64,000 bases of DNA from an uncultured Pseudomonadota bacterium. GTDB lineage: Bacteria > Myxococcota_A > Polyangia > Fen-1088. Positions 9,769-21,436 of the stretch are shown here, piece by piece (positions within the stretch are counted from its first letter, which is position 1; each line of letters opens with the position of its first letter). The DNA lies in assembly GCA_963778795.1 (NCBI GenBank), contig CAVZVU010000001.1:1777574-1841573 (forward strand), in the 5' to 3' direction. The notes below the pieces were generated by a model. It had not been told where the DNA came from. It saw only the letters and a program-made list of their open reading frames with translations, and searched no databases. Position numbers and translations under genes: made by a program.

Positions 9769-11276
9769 GCCGCCTCGCTGCCCAGCGCCGCCTCGCGCAC
9801 CAGGGCCTGCTCGTCGAGCTCGCCCACCGGGCGCGCCGGGCCGAGTCGCCCGCGGCACATGACGGCGATGCGATCGCACACGCCGAGCAGCTCGGGCAGA
9901 TAGCTCGACACCATGATGACCGCCTTGCGGCGCAGGCTCGACGCGTTCGGCGACGATCTGCGACCAGCGCGTCGATGAGGTCGTAGATCTGCGCCTTCGA
10001 AGCCACGTCGATGCCGCGCGTCGGCTCGTCGAGCAGCAGCACGTCGACGTCGTGGTGGAGCAGCCGCGCGATGGCCACCTTCTGCTGGTTGCCGCCCGAC
10101 AGCTCGCCGACCGGCTGCTCCGGCCCCTGGCAGCGCACGTCGAGCCGCCGGATCCAGCGTTCGGCCAGCGGGCGGCGCGCGGACGGGCGCACCACCGCCG
10201 GCATCTTCGACAGGGTGAGGTTGTCGGCGATGCTGAGATCGAGCGCCAGCCCCTCTTCCTTGCGGTTCTCGCTGACCAGCGCCATGCCCTGCGCCCAGCG
10301 CTGTCGCGGGCGTGGCCGGCCCCGGAGTAGACGCCCAGCTTGACCTGGCCCGACACCACCGGGTCGAGGCCGACCAGCGCGCGCAGGAGCTCGGTGCGGC
10401 CCGCGCCGACCAGGCCGGCGATGCCCAGCACCTCGCCGCGGTGAAGGGTGAAGCTCGCGCGCTCGGGCTTGCCGACGCCCGCCAGCTCGGTCACGTCGAG
10501 CAGCGGCTCGCCGCGCGTCCGCGCGCTGCGCGGGTAGAGCTGCTCCACGCGCCGGCCCACCATCAGATCGACGATCGCGGGCACGGTGGTCTCCGCCATC
10601 GGCGCCGCCGCCCACGCGTCTGCCCGTCGCGCAGCACGGTGAAGCGATCGGCGACGCGCTTGCACCTCCTCGATGAAGTGGGAGATGTAGACGATGGCCT
10701 GGCCCTGCTGGCGCAGCCGAGCCACCAGCTCGAACAGCGCCTCGGCGTCGGCCTGGGCCAGGCTGCTGGTCGGCTCGTCCAGCACCAGCACGCGGCAGCC
10801 GACCGCCACCGCGCGCGCGATCTCGACGATCTGCTGGGCGGCGATCGGCAGCCCGCCCACCACCGCGTCGGGGCGGATGCGCGGATGGTGCAGCTCTTCC
10901 AGCGCGCGCAGCGCCTGCTGCCGCATCGCACGCGATCCAAGACGCCGCCGAGGCGTCCGACGACGCCCGGCCGCGCCGGCTCCATGCCGAGCAGGATGTT
11001 CTCGGCCACGGTCAGGTGCGGCGCCAGCGACAGCTCCTGGTAGATCATGGCGACGCCGGCGCGTCGCGCGTCCAGCGGCTCGGCCGGCGCGTAGCGGGCG
11101 CCGTCGATCTCCATCTCGCCCGCGTCCGGCTGGATGGCGCCCGACAGCACCTTCATGAGCGTGCTCTTGCCGGCGCCGTTCTGGCCCAGCAGCGCGTGCA
11201 CCTCGCCCGCCTGGACCACCAGATCGACGCCGCCCAGCGCCTGCGTGGCGCCGAAGCGCTTGCGCACGCCGCGCAT
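9765..11276 (-). CDS. sugar ABC transporter ATP-binding protein, two fused NBDs (RbsA/MglA/XylG-like); frameshifted
   Basis: NBD1 has Walker [10 protein letters not shown], signature and Walker [15 protein letters not shown]2 has [26 protein letters not shown] and [12 protein letters not shown]. Pieces are spread over ORFs 10563..11351, 8722..10926 and 9008..10615. Confidence 0.85.
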
Positions 11277-11335
11277 GATCAGCCGGGGAATGGACGCCGC
11301 CGGGCCGGGCCCGCCCGCGTCCACCCGATCGCGAC

Positions 11336-12317
11336 TCACTCCTTGAGCCATCTCTTGAAGTCGGGGTTCAGCAGCGCCTGCGCGAGCGGCGAGCTCATCG
11401 TGTCGCGCGTGATCAGCGTGGCGCCGGTGTCGATGCGCTTGTCGACCGGCTTGCCCGCGAGGCGATCGACCATCGTCTTGACCGCCAGGTAGCCCATCTT
11501 GATCGGATCCTGCACCACGGTGGCGTTCATGTTTCCCTTGGCCATGGCGTCCACCAGCTTGGGCGAGCTGTCGAAGCCGACGAAGTTGACCTTGCCGGCG
11601 AAGCCGTCGTCCTCCAGCGCGCGCAGCATGCCGAAGGCGGTCGACTCGTTGGGGCAGAAGATGCCCTGCACGGTCAGCCCGTTCGGCCCCTTGTGCGAGG
11701 TCAGGAGGTTCTCGCTCACCTTGAAGGCGCTCTCGGTGGTCACGCCGCCGTACTGGTTGGAGCTGACGACCTCGATCCCCTTGTGCGCGGCGATGGCGTC
11801 GAGGAAGCCCCGCTCGCGCTCAGCCGTGCTGGCCGAGCCCTCGGCGTAGCGGAGCATCATCACCTTGCCCTTGCCGCCCAGCAGCTGGCGCGAGGTGCTC
11901 GCCCGCCAGCTTGCCGCCCCGGTAGTTGTCGGTGGCGACGAAGCTGACGATCTCGTCGGTCTTGATGCTCGAGTCGAAGGCGATCACCGGGATGCCGGCG
12001 CGGACCGCGTCGGTCACCACCGGCACCAGCGCGGTGTCGTCCAGCGGCGCCAGCACGATCCCCTTGACCCGCATGTTGATGAAGTTCTCGACCACCTTGA
12101 TCTGGTCCTCGCGATCGTCCTCGCGCAGCGGGCCCTTCCAGATGATGTTCACGCCTAGCTCCTGGCCGGCCTTCTCCGCGCCGGCGTGCACCGACTTCCA
12201 GAACTCGTGGGTCGTCCCCTTGGGGATGACGGCGATGGCGTCAGTCGTTCGCTTCTTGCAGGCCGCTGCGTTGCAGAGGCCGAGCACCAGCATCACCCAC
12301 GCGAGGCCTCGTTTCAT
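11336..12317 (-). CDS. periplasmic sugar-binding lipoprotein (RbsB-like, CUT2 ABC substrate-binding protein); frameshift ~11865
   Basis: [20 protein letters not shown] (lipobox), then [36 protein letters not shown]...[16 protein letters not shown]...IPVIAFDS...[16 protein letters not shown]. The C-terminal half lies in frame 11336..11863 (...[26 protein letters not shown]). Confidence 0.8.
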
Positions 12318-12389
12318 CGGGCGGATAATAGGATGGCTCGGGTTCCCATGTTCAAACAAAGCGTGCAAGCGTGATAGACAGGACCGGCG

Positions 12390-13560
12390 GTGAACGGCCC
12401 TGCCTCCAGCTTCGGCGCTGACCTCGACTTTCTGCAGCGCCACACCGAGACGATCGTGCTGTCGGATTCCTCTGGCGCGGCGCGCCTGGTGCTGTGCCCG
12501 GCGCTGCAGGGGCGCGTGGCCACCAGCACGGTGTCCGGCGCCGCCGGGCCGAGCTTCGGCTGGCTGAACCGCGAGCTGATCGCGTCGGGGAAGCTGGCCC
12601 CGCACATGAACGCCTACGGGGGCGAGGACCGCTTCTGGCTGGGCCCCGAGGGCGGACAGTTCGCGCTCTTCTTCGCTCCCGGGGCGCCCCAGGATCTCGC
12701 GCACTGGTACACGCCGGCGCCGATCGACGCCGAGCCGTTCACGCTGGTCGAAAAGGCGCAGGACCGGGCGCTGCTGCGGCAAGACGATGCGGGTGACCAA
12801 CGCGGCGGGGACCGTGTTCGATCTCGAGGTCGAGCGCGAGGTGCGCCTCTACGACGCCGAGCGCACCTGGAAGGAAGCCGGCGCGGTGGCGAAGAGCCGG
12901 TGCAAGGTCGTCGGCTTCGAGTCGCGCAACCGCATCATCAACCGGGGCGCCGTGCCCTGGCGGCACGACACCGGGCTCGTCTCCATCTGGATCGCCGGCA
13001 CGTTCTCGCCGTCGCCGTCGACGATCATCGTGCTGCCGATCCGCGCCGGGCGCGAGGCCGAGCTTGGCCCCGCGGTCAACGACCAGTACTTCGGCCCGGT
13101 GCCGTCCGATCGATTGCGGGTCAAGGGCAACGCGATCTACTTCCGCGGCGACGGCCAGCAGCGCGGCAAGATCGGCGTCTCGCCCCGACGCGCGCGGCCG
13201 GTCCTCGGAAGCTACGATGCCGACCGCCAGGTGCTCACCCTGGTGACGTATTCGCTGCCCACTCTCGATCACGGGGCGCCCGAGTACGTGAACGCGCTGT
13301 GGGAGCATCAGCGCGAGCCCTACCGGGGCGACGTCCTCAACAGCTACAACGACGGCCCGCCCGCGCCGGGGCAAAAGCCCCTGGGCCCCTTCTACGAGCT
13401 GGAGTCGTCGTCGCCGGCCGCCGCGCTGGCGCCGGGCGAATCGGCCGAGCACGTGCACCGCACGATGCACTTCGTGGGCGCGCCCGCGGAGCTCGACGAG
13501 GTGGCGCGCGCGGCGCTCGGTGTCGGGCTGGCCGACATCACCTCGGCTTTTTCGCGGTGA
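12390..13560 (+). CDS. conserved hypothetical protein (family not recognised), frameshift ~12790
   Basis: Coherent codon usage across two frames: YGGEDRFWLGPEGGQFALFFAPGAPQDLAHWYTPAPIDAEPFTL then VFDLEVEREVRLYDAE...GLVSIWIAGTFSPSPSTIIVLPI...KGNAIYFRGDGQQRGKIG...QVLTLVTYSLP. Transcribed divergently from the binding-protein gene. Confidence 0.5.
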
Positions 13561-13741
13561 GCCGGCGCCGGGCCCGCTGCGCGAAGAACAGCATGGTCAC
13601 GCCGAACAGCAGCAGCACCAGCCCCCAGCCGAAGTTGACGTTGATGCCCAGCGAGTGCTCCTGGTAGATGCCGGGATCGGAGACCAGCCCGAAGCCGGCG
13701 AGCAACACGCCGAAGATCGAGAACATCAGGCCGATCGGCAA
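13538..13741 (-). CDS. small two-TM membrane protein (DUF3311-like partner of SSS transporters)
   Basis: 67 aa with two hydrophobic helices (MFSIFGVLLAGFGLV; WGLVLLLFGVTMLFF) and a basic tail. It sits immediately downstream of the symporter. Confidence 0.5.
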   Translation of the reverse strand: MPIGLMFSIFGVLLAGFGLVSDPGIYQEHSLGINVNFGWGLVLLLFGVTMLFFAQRARRRLTAKKPR

Positions 13742-13792
13742 GCGAACGTCGAGAATCCATCGCAGGCGCCTCCTCCCTTTTTCGCGGTCACT

Positions 13793-15511
13793 TCACCAGA
13801 AGACGATGTTCAAGACCAGCGCCAGCGCCAGCATGATCGCCCCCAGCGTGGCGGGGCGCTTGTACCAGACGGTGTGCTCGTTCTCTTCTTTCGCCCGGGG
13901 CGTCAGCGAGTAGACCAGGCCGGCCAGCTCCTGGTCCGACTTGCGCTGCTTGGTGGCCAGCGAAACCGCCACGGTCCAGATGAAGCAGACCGAGAACGCC
14001 CAGATCGCGGTCCAGAAGTTCTGCGCCATCTCGCTGGGATAGTGGTGCGACACCGCGAGCCAGCCGCCCTTGAGCCCCACCTCCGCCCCCTTCGGCAGCG
14101 ACAGACCGTGGTGGCCCGCGGCGGCCGCCGTGCCCGCCAGCAGGCCGAGGAAGGCGCCGTGGCCGGTGGTGCGCCGCCAGAACATCCCGAGCAGGAAGGT
14201 CGCGAACAGCGGCGCGTTCACGAACGCGAACACCAGCTGCAAGACGTCCATGATGTTGTTGAACTGCGCCGCCGCGTACGCGCACAGCCACGCTGGCGCC
14301 GATGCCCGCGATCGTGGCGGCGCGCCCGACGGCCAGGTAGTGGGCGTCGCTGGCGTTCTTGCGGATGTAGCTCTGGTAGATGTCGTAGGTCCAGACGGTG
14401 TTGAAGGCGGTGACGTTGCCCGCCATCCCGGACATGAACGAAGCGATCAGCGCCGTCAGCCCCAGCCCGAGCAGCCCGGTGGGAAAGTAGTGGGCGAGCA
14501 TGGCCGGCACGACCATGTCGTAGTTGAGGCTGCCGCCCTTGCTGGGCAGCGAGAGGTGCGCGTCGCCGCTCGCGTGCAGCGCGATGGCCAGCATGCCCGG
14601 CAGGATGACCAGGAACGGGAAACAACATCTTCGGGAACGCGGCGATGATCGGCGTTCGCCGGGCCGAGTTCATGTTCTTGGCCGCCATGGCGCGCTGGAT
14701 GACGAGAAAGTCGGTGCACCAGTAGCCGAACGACAGCACGAAGCCGAGGCCCATCGACGAGCCCGAACCACTCGACGCCCATCGGGTTCGACTCCGCCGA
14801 ACCGGTGAACTTCCACGAGTGCGACCAGGCGCCCTCGGCCATTCCGTTGCGCGTGGCGACCACCGCGAGCCGGCTGGTGAGGCCGGACCAGCCGCCGACC
14901 TGCTTGAGGCCGAGCAGCACCAGCGGCAGGAAGCCGAACACGATGAGAAAGAACTGCAGCACTTCGTTGTAGATGGCCGAGCGCAGCCCGCCCATGAAGA
15001 TGTAGACCAGCACGATCACGCCCGAGGCGACGATGCACAGATGGAAGTTCCAGCCGAGGATCGCGTGCAGCAGGGTCGCGAGCGCGTACATCGAGATGCC
15101 CGACGACATGACGGTCATGCACGCGAACGTCACGGCGTTGAACCCGCGGGTCTTCTCGTCGAAGCGCAGCTTGAGGTACTCCGGCACCGAGCGCGCCTTC
15201 GAGCCGTAGTAGAACGGCATCATGAAGACGGCCACGAACACCATCGCCGGGATCGCGCCCACCCAGTAAAAGTGGCTGGTCATGATCCCGTACTTCGCGC
15301 CCGAGGCCGCCATCCCCATCACCTCCTGCGCGCCGAGGTTCGCGCCGATGAAGCCCAGGGCACAGATCCAGGTCGGCAGCGCGCGCCCCGATTCGAAGAA
15401 GTCCTTCGTCCCGCTGACGCCCTTGCGCACCACGAAGCCGATGCCGAGGACGAACGCGAAGTAGACGACCAGCAAGCAGTAGTCGATGACGCCGAGGTGG
15501 ATGATCATCAG
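13793..15511 (-). CDS. sodium:solute symporter (SSS family, SGLT-like); multiple frameshifts
   Basis: MIIHLGVIDYCLLVVYFAFVLGIGFVV...DFFESGRALPTWICALGFIGANLGAQEVMGMAASGAKYGI...GLRSAIYNEVLQFFLIVFG... The sequence continues in the ORFs 14218..14754 and 13793..14251 (...LLGMFWRRTTGHGAFLGLLAG...). Confidence 0.8.
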
Positions 15512-15645
15512 GTTGCCGCCGCGCGTGGGAACGATGGGGACGATGGTGCCGAGCGTCGCGAGGCGCGAATTTACTACACCGGCTCGCGCGGAAGCGTATA
15601 GATTCGCCGCGCCAGCGAAGATAGAGTCGCGAGAAAGAGGGATCG

Positions 15646-16185
15646 ATGTCGTTTCGTTTTGCTTACTCACGCGCGTCGATGGTTGGTTGTTCGGTGATGC
15701 TTTGTGGCCTCGCCTGGCTCGGGTGCGCGACCACTCAGTCCGGCGCCACGCCTGAGGAGCTCGTGCGGGCGCGCGGCCAGGCCGACCAGGGCGCCACCAT
15801 CTACATGAACGAGTGCGCCAAGTGTCACGGCCAGCGGGGCGAGGGATTGGCGAGCTCTCCCGCGATCTTGGGCCCGGGCGCGCTGCCGGAGTTTCCGCGC
15901 ACCACGGGGAGCGCCACCGATCCGACGGTCCTCGACCCCCAGATGATCCAGATCCAGGCGCAGACGCGGCCCGCCGGCGCGGCATCCCGCGATCCGATTC
16001 GAAACGCCGCGGATCTGTTCAGTTACACGATGAGGCATATGCCCAAGAGCCACGCGGATGAGCTTCTCAAGGAAGGCGACTACTGGGCCGTCGTGGGCTT
16101 CCTGCTCGCAGCGCAGGGCGCGAGCCTGCCGCCGGGCGGCATCGGCCCTGCAAATGCAGTCTCGATCCCGATTCCGCGGCGTTAG
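15646..16185 (+). CDS. c-type cytochrome lipoprotein (single CxxCH)
   Basis: Lipoprotein signal (VMLCGLAWLGC) and heme-binding motif CAKCHG; 179 aa. Confidence 0.5.
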   Translation: MSFRFAYSRASMVGCSVMLCGLAWLGCATTQSGATPEELVRARGQADQGATIYMNECAKCHGQRGEGLASSPAILGPGALPEFPRTTGSATDPTVLDPQMIQIQAQTRPAGAASRDPIRNAADLFSYTMRHMPKSHADELLKEGDYWAVVGFLLAAQGASLPPGGIGPANAVSIPIPRR

Positions 16186-16345
16186 TCGGCCGCTGATCGA
16201 GGCGCGCGGATTTCATGAACCGTTCCGGACGCCGCACGCTACTGAGGAAACACTTGCCCCTTCACGCCCTGACATTTGAACGTTCGCGCACCGGCATTCG
16301 ATTCGGGCGGCAGGCCCGAGGAACGCGCCTCGTGGTCGAGCTTCG

Positions 16346-17924
16346 ATGATTCGTTTGAAAGATCGACGCTTGTTCTCCCGTCGCTTGTCCAGCTGCTTGT
16401 TCGTGTTGCCGCTCGCGCTGCTGATGCTGGCGGCTGGCGCGGCGCGTGCGGACCAGGCTGCGCCCGCCGCAGGCGCTGCGCCTCCCGCGCCAACCGATTC
16501 CTTGCCGGGATCGTCGGGCCCGCCCGGTCTGAGTTTGTCGCCGGAAGCGCCGCCCGTGCCGCCCGCGGCCGGCGGGAGGGCGCCTTCGTTTGGCGCGCCC
16601 AACCTCGAGAAGCCCTCGTCGTTTCGGATCGGCGGCCGGTTCTACGGGTGGGAAGCGGTCGGGGTTGGCAGCCGACCAAGCAATCCACCCGCGGGCTATT
16701 CCGGAAGTCCGCTGCACACGCCGCTGCTCTCGACGGGAAAGATCCCGTTCTGGGGCGGCGCGGGCGCGACGCTGAATCTGCAGTACGGCACCCGGTACGT
16801 GACCGCCTTCGCCAGCTACTACTTTCGCGTGAACCGCGCCGGAGTACAACGGCTACGTGAATCCGCAGCTCGGGCCGTCGTTCGGCCTCGCCTACCTGCT
16901 GTTCACGCCGCATCCCATCGGAACGCTGCGTTTGACATTCCGAGTCGGCTCGTTCGTCGAGGTGTACGCGGGACCTGGCCAGTGGGGCTGGGGCATCTTC
17001 GGGCCGCTGCTCGGCGCTGCGCGGCTACCGGCGAGACGACCAACGGCGAGTGGGACGTGACGCGCGACGTGCGCCTGACCTTCACGCACGGGCTGCTCGT
17101 CGTTCCGGGCGTGCCCGAGGACTTCGCCCGCGGCGACTACAACAGCTGGATCGAGACCGGCGTATCGAGCTACGTGCACCACGCCCACCTCGGGCTGGTT
17201 CTCAAGAATCAGTACATCTTCAGGCTGCACTACGCGGCGTCCTACGGAACCGACGAGCGTACGTACCTGAAGACGTTCCTGAACACCGCGCCGGCAGACG
17301 GCCAGTGGAACACCTATCTCGCCGAGGCGCGCTGGCAGGCCGACCCGTGGGGCCAGCTCGGGTTCACCGGCGGACGTCTACGATTTCAAACACGCCGCAT
17401 CGGTCGGCGACGGTACCTGGTGGGCCGTCGACTGGACGCAAGGCGCCCGCGAGATGATCAACAAGTTCCTCGGACCGGGCAGCAACGGAAACGGTAAAGT
17501 CGCCGTGATCGGAGCGGAGTACAATTTCAGCCTCTCGCGCATTCTCTGGTCGCCGCGCAGCTTCAACGGCGACGCGCCGGACCTGCGGGTCGCCATCGCC
17601 GCGATGCTCACGCGCACCGTGGCGACCGATGATCCGAACTACAAGAACATCAACGGATACTACGTCGGCGGCGAGACCGAGTACCGGATGACGTCGCTGT
17701 TCAGCCTGACTTTCCAGGCCTACGGCGAAAGCCGTTACAGCTACCTCGGAAACTGGAGCGTCTACAGCGTCAATCCCGGGATCGCATTCCACACCGACTG
17801 GTTCAGCACCGATCGCATTCAACTGATCTACGGCCGGCGCTTTTACAGCCGCGCCGCGGACCCCAACTCAGCCCAGCCGCTGGATCGCAACATGATTGCG
17901 CTCGGCGGTTACATCACCTTTTGA
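16346..17924 (+). CDS. outer-membrane beta-barrel protein (porin-like), paralog 1; frameshifted (~16850, ~17050, ~17450)
   Basis: Signal peptide (LFVLPLALLMLAAGAARA), Pro/Gly-rich linker, alternating amphipathic beta-strand pattern, and a C-terminal aromatic end (...IALGGYITF). Shares LGPGSNGNG...GAEYNFSLSR motifs with paralog 2. Confidence 0.65.
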
Positions 17925-17941
17925 ACCGAGAGCGTTTGACG

Positions 17942-19447
17942 ATGCAAAAAGTCCTTTCGATAACTCGAATCGTCGTCGCTTTGCTCGCCACGCCCGCGCT
18001 GGCCATGGCCGCGCAAGGTGACGACCTGGGGCCCCCGCGGCTTGGCCTCTCGCCCGGCGAGCCGCAAGTCCGCAGCGCGACTCCCGCGATCCCCTTCGGC
18101 GTTCAGCCGATCAACTCGAAGGAGTACGTGCTGGATTTCCACGGCTACTTTCTGCTGCCGGCCCGCCTCGGCCTGCACCAGCGCGAGAACCCGATGGTCG
18201 GACAGTCCAGCACGGTCCTTCACTCGCCGCCGCTCATTCCTCAGGACCTGCGGGACTTCGAGTACACCGGCGTCGTGCCCGGTCCCTGGCTGCAGCTCAA
18301 TTTCATCTACGGCAACTCGACGGTGTCTGCCACCGCGATCCTGGCCGGCACCTCCGCCTCGGATGCGGCCGGCTTCTACAACCCGGTGGAGCAGTTCGGC
18401 GTGAACGACGCGTTCCTCACCTTGAACCTGACCAAGAGGGTCGGCTTCCCGCTGCAGCTGAACGTCGGCGCCTTCACCGGCCGCTACGGCGCGATGGGAA
18501 CGTACGATGCCGGGCGCTACGGCACGCCGCTGATTGCGCGCACAAACACCATCGGGGAGACCATCACGGCGGCCTACAAGGTCGGCGAGGTGCTGTTGAT
18601 TCTGGAGCAGGGGCTGGGTGGCCAGATGGCGCGGCCCCCGGCCGGTCTGGTTTCGGCGGGCTGGAATGACTTTGCGAACGCCAACGTTGGTTCGACCTTC
18701 GTCAACCACGCCCATCTCGGCATCGCTTACAGTCCGGTCGGTCGGCTCGGCCTGCATTATTTGACGGCCTGGACGCAGGACGACCTCACCAATGGTGGTC
18801 GAATCCCGGATGGCCGGATCACCGTGCTGGGCGCCGACCTCAACCTCGCCCTCGGGCGCGCCGGTCACTGGTACGTCGGCACGGCCCGGACGACGGCCAC
18901 GAACGCGGCGCCGATCTCGGGCGCGATCGAGATCCTGAATGCGCGCGGCGGGCCCGAGCTCATGGAGCATTACCTCGGCCCGAACAGCAACGGCACCGGC
19001 ACGCTCACCACGGTCGGCGCGCAGTACGATCTCAGCCTCGCGAGGCTGGTGTTCGGCGACTGGTACACGGGCGTCAGTCCGGAAATCCTGATCAGCTTGT
19101 TCGGCGTCGCAACGGCCGTCACCAGCCGTGATCCTGACTACGACGGTGTCTTCAAGGTGAAGGGGGGCGCCGAGGTCACCTATCTGTTTGCGTCATGGAT
19201 GGGAGTCTCCGAGCGGGTCGATCACGTTCGCCAGGACGGCAGCGACTCGGCGAAAGCCTTCTCGAGTTATTCGTCGCGCCTGCTGTTCCACACCGGCTGG
19301 AAGAGCCGCGACGAGATCGCGCTGCAGTACTCCCACTTCGTGTACGGCAGTGCCGTGTACGTCAAGTCGGGGTATCCTCCGGTCCTGAATCCGGCCTTGA
19401 ATCCGGACCGAGACGTCTTCTCGTTGACCGGCACCTTCTGGTGGTAG
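17942..19447 (+). CDS. outer-membrane beta-barrel protein (porin-like), paralog 2 (intact)
   Basis: Signal peptide (VVALLATPALAMAAQG), ~500 aa with alternating hydrophobic pattern, C-terminal ...SLTGTFWW. Shares LGPNSNGTGTLTTVGAQYDLSLARL with paralog 1. Confidence 0.65.
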   Translation: MQKVLSITRIVVALLATPALAMAAQGDDLGPPRLGLSPGEPQVRSATPAIPFGVQPINSKEYVLDFHGYFLLPARLGLHQRENPMVGQSSTVLHSPPLIPQDLRDFEYTGVVPGPWLQLNFIYGNSTVSATAILAGTSASDAAGFYNPVEQFGVNDAFLTLNLTKRVGFPLQLNVGAFTGRYGAMGTYDAGRYGTPLIARTNTIGETITAAYKVGEVLLILEQGLGGQMARPPAGLVSAGWNDFANANVGSTFVNHAHLGIAYSPVGRLGLHYLTAWTQDDLTNGGRIPDGRITVLGADLNLALGRAGHWYVGTARTTATNAAPISGAIEILNARGGPELMEHYLGPNSNGTGTLTTVGAQYDLSLARLVFGDWYTGVSPEILISLFGVATAVTSRDPDYDGVFKVKGGAEVTYLFASWMGVSERVDHVRQDGSDSAKAFSSYSSRLLFHTGWKSRDEIALQYSHFVYGSAVYVKSGYPPVLNPALNPDRDVFSLTGTFWW

Positions 19448-19454
19448 GAGCCGT

Positions 19455-20372
19455 ATGGACATCAAGCGCGCATCGAGAACCGAGTTGCCGCCCGTCTCCG
19501 GGCTGTTGCTGTGGATTGCCGCGGGTTGCGCAGTCGGTTGCACCGCCTACCCGACGTTGAAGAACCTGCCGCTCGATTGCAGCGTCGAGGACAAGTACGA
19601 GTTTCAGTCCGTCGACATCTTCGAAACGGTCGGCCCGGGCAGCGGTGTCGGCATCTGGATGTCCGGTGACACGGCGACCCCGATTCAGAGCTCGGACGTG
19701 GAACCGCTGACCGACGGTGCTCGGTGCGGCAGCACGGCCGCCCTGGTGTTGCGGTCGGTCCACAACAACGATTGGGGCTCCCTGTTCGGCGACTACACTT
19801 TCGGTGGCCCCACCGGTCGGGATGAATCGATGTACGAGGGGATGTCGTTCTGGGCGCGCGCTCCCGGCAACACGACCAAGAGCTTCTCGATCCTGCTCGG
19901 CGACCCGAACACGACCTGCTTGAATACGGCCGACACGGTGACCGGAGCGTGCCCCCTCCCGGTTGGCGCCTACTGCAGGACTTACGCGACCGCCGACGGG
20001 GGGACCTCGCTTCCGATGGGGACGTATACCGATTCCAGCGGCAATATCATCTCGGGCACGACCACCTCGGCGCCGCCGGCCGATGCCTGTGGAAACGCCT
20101 ACAGCACCGTGGTCGTGGTGACGACCGACTGGCAGCTCTACCTCATTCCGTTCGGCAAGTTCCAGCAGGCCAACACGCCGAATAAAGTGCCCAACGATGT
20201 TCTCACCAAGACTGGGCCGCTGCCCGAAACGGCGCTCTTGACGTCCACGCTGGTGAATCTCACGCTGCGGATTCCCAAGGAAGCGAATCTGGAGCTGTGG
20301 ATCGATAACCTGGGTTTCTATCGAAAGAAGGGGCTGGCGTCCGGCAACGATGGGGGCGTCGATGCGCGGTAG
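19455..20372 (+). CDS. surface lipoprotein with CBM-like beta-sandwich domain (paralog 1)
   Basis: Lipobox LLWIAAGC. The C-terminal half ...WQLYLIPFGKFQQ...LVNLTLRIP...LELWIDNLGFY resembles carbohydrate-binding-module architecture (inference). No frameshift. Confidence 0.5.
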   Translation: MDIKRASRTELPPVSGLLLWIAAGCAVGCTAYPTLKNLPLDCSVEDKYEFQSVDIFETVGPGSGVGIWMSGDTATPIQSSDVEPLTDGARCGSTAALVLRSVHNNDWGSLFGDYTFGGPTGRDESMYEGMSFWARAPGNTTKSFSILLGDPNTTCLNTADTVTGACPLPVGAYCRTYATADGGTSLPMGTYTDSSGNIISGTTTSAPPADACGNAYSTVVVVTTDWQLYLIPFGKFQQANTPNKVPNDVLTKTGPLPETALLTSTLVNLTLRIPKEANLELWIDNLGFYRKKGLASGNDGGVDAR

Positions 20373-20474
20373 ATTGTCGCGGGATGGCCAACGGGCTGTG
20401 CTCGGCGGCGCTCGACCGCGGGGGATCCTGAGGACCGTTTGCCGGTCCGTTATATGTGAAAAGGGAGCGAGAAC

Positions 20475-21403
20475 ATGAACATGAATCATCGAACTTCGAC
20501 GTACGTCATCATCTTTTGCACTCCTTTTCCTCGCGTGCGGGCTGGTGGCCTGCACGACCCAGGAGGCGCCCAGCCGGAGGCACCGGCGGCAAGACGACGG
20601 GCGGCACCGGAGGCAAAATTGCCGGCACCACCGGTACGGGCGGCGGGGCCGGCTCGTACGCCACGAATGATGGCGTGCTCTGTCCGCTTCCGATGCAGGC
20701 TCTCATCACCGACTTCACCGTCGTTCCCCCGGACGCCGGCGCTCCCTCGGATGGCGGCGCCGCGGACGGCGGCGCTGCGGATGCCGCCCCGGTCGCGACG
20801 AATACCGTCCACTTCGGTGGTGGCGCGACGCTCGGCGGCAGCGAGTTCGTTTATCCCACCGGCGGAATGTGGCCGGTCACTTCGGACGTGTCCGGCGGCA
20901 GCTGGCACATGACCGGCACCCTCGGCGACTACTCGGGCTTCGGGCTCTACTTCGACAATTGCAGCCGCGTCGATGCTTCGGCCTACTCCGGGATCTCGTT
21001 CACCATCTCCGGTCGCCACCGGCTGCCACCGGGGGGGATCGTCACCATGGACATCGCGACCTTGGACGATCAGATCGCCGCGTCCTGGCTCTTGGCCCAC
21101 GGCGGCGGCACCCCCGCCGCTACCGACCCCGGCCGTTGCATTCCCGACGCCACGGCCACCAGCCAGTACAACCAGACCGATTGCGCCGATCCCACCAAGG
21201 TCATCACCGTCACCACGACGCCGACCAAGGTGACGATCCTGTGGACCGATTTCACTGGCGGAAAGCCGACAGCGGCGGTCACGCCGGGCGACATCATCGG
21301 CATCTATTGGTTCTTCCCGCCCCCGGTGGGAGCCGGCACCACGACCCCGACGACGTATCCGGTCGATATCACGATCGACGACCTCAGCTTCATCGCGCCG
21401 TGA
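20475..21403 (+). CDS. surface lipoprotein with CBM-like domain (paralog 2); two frameshifts in first 150 bp
   Basis: MNMNHRTS then a cryptic frame ALLFLACGLVACTTQEAP (lipobox), then Gly/Thr linker TGGKTTGGTGGK. The C-terminal domain ends ...ITVTTTPTKVTILWTDFTG...DIIGIYWFFPP...YPVDITIDDLSFIAP. Confidence 0.55.
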
Positions 21404-21436
21404 CGGACCGATCGGACCGGCCGGTTCACGCGGAGA

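Noticed and set aside
16213-16913. Arg-rich minus-strand ORFs (16239..16913, 16262..16849) and similar ones at 17909..18970, 19362..20555
   Set aside because: Antisense to the OM beta-barrel and lipoprotein genes; composition typical of high-GC shadow frames.
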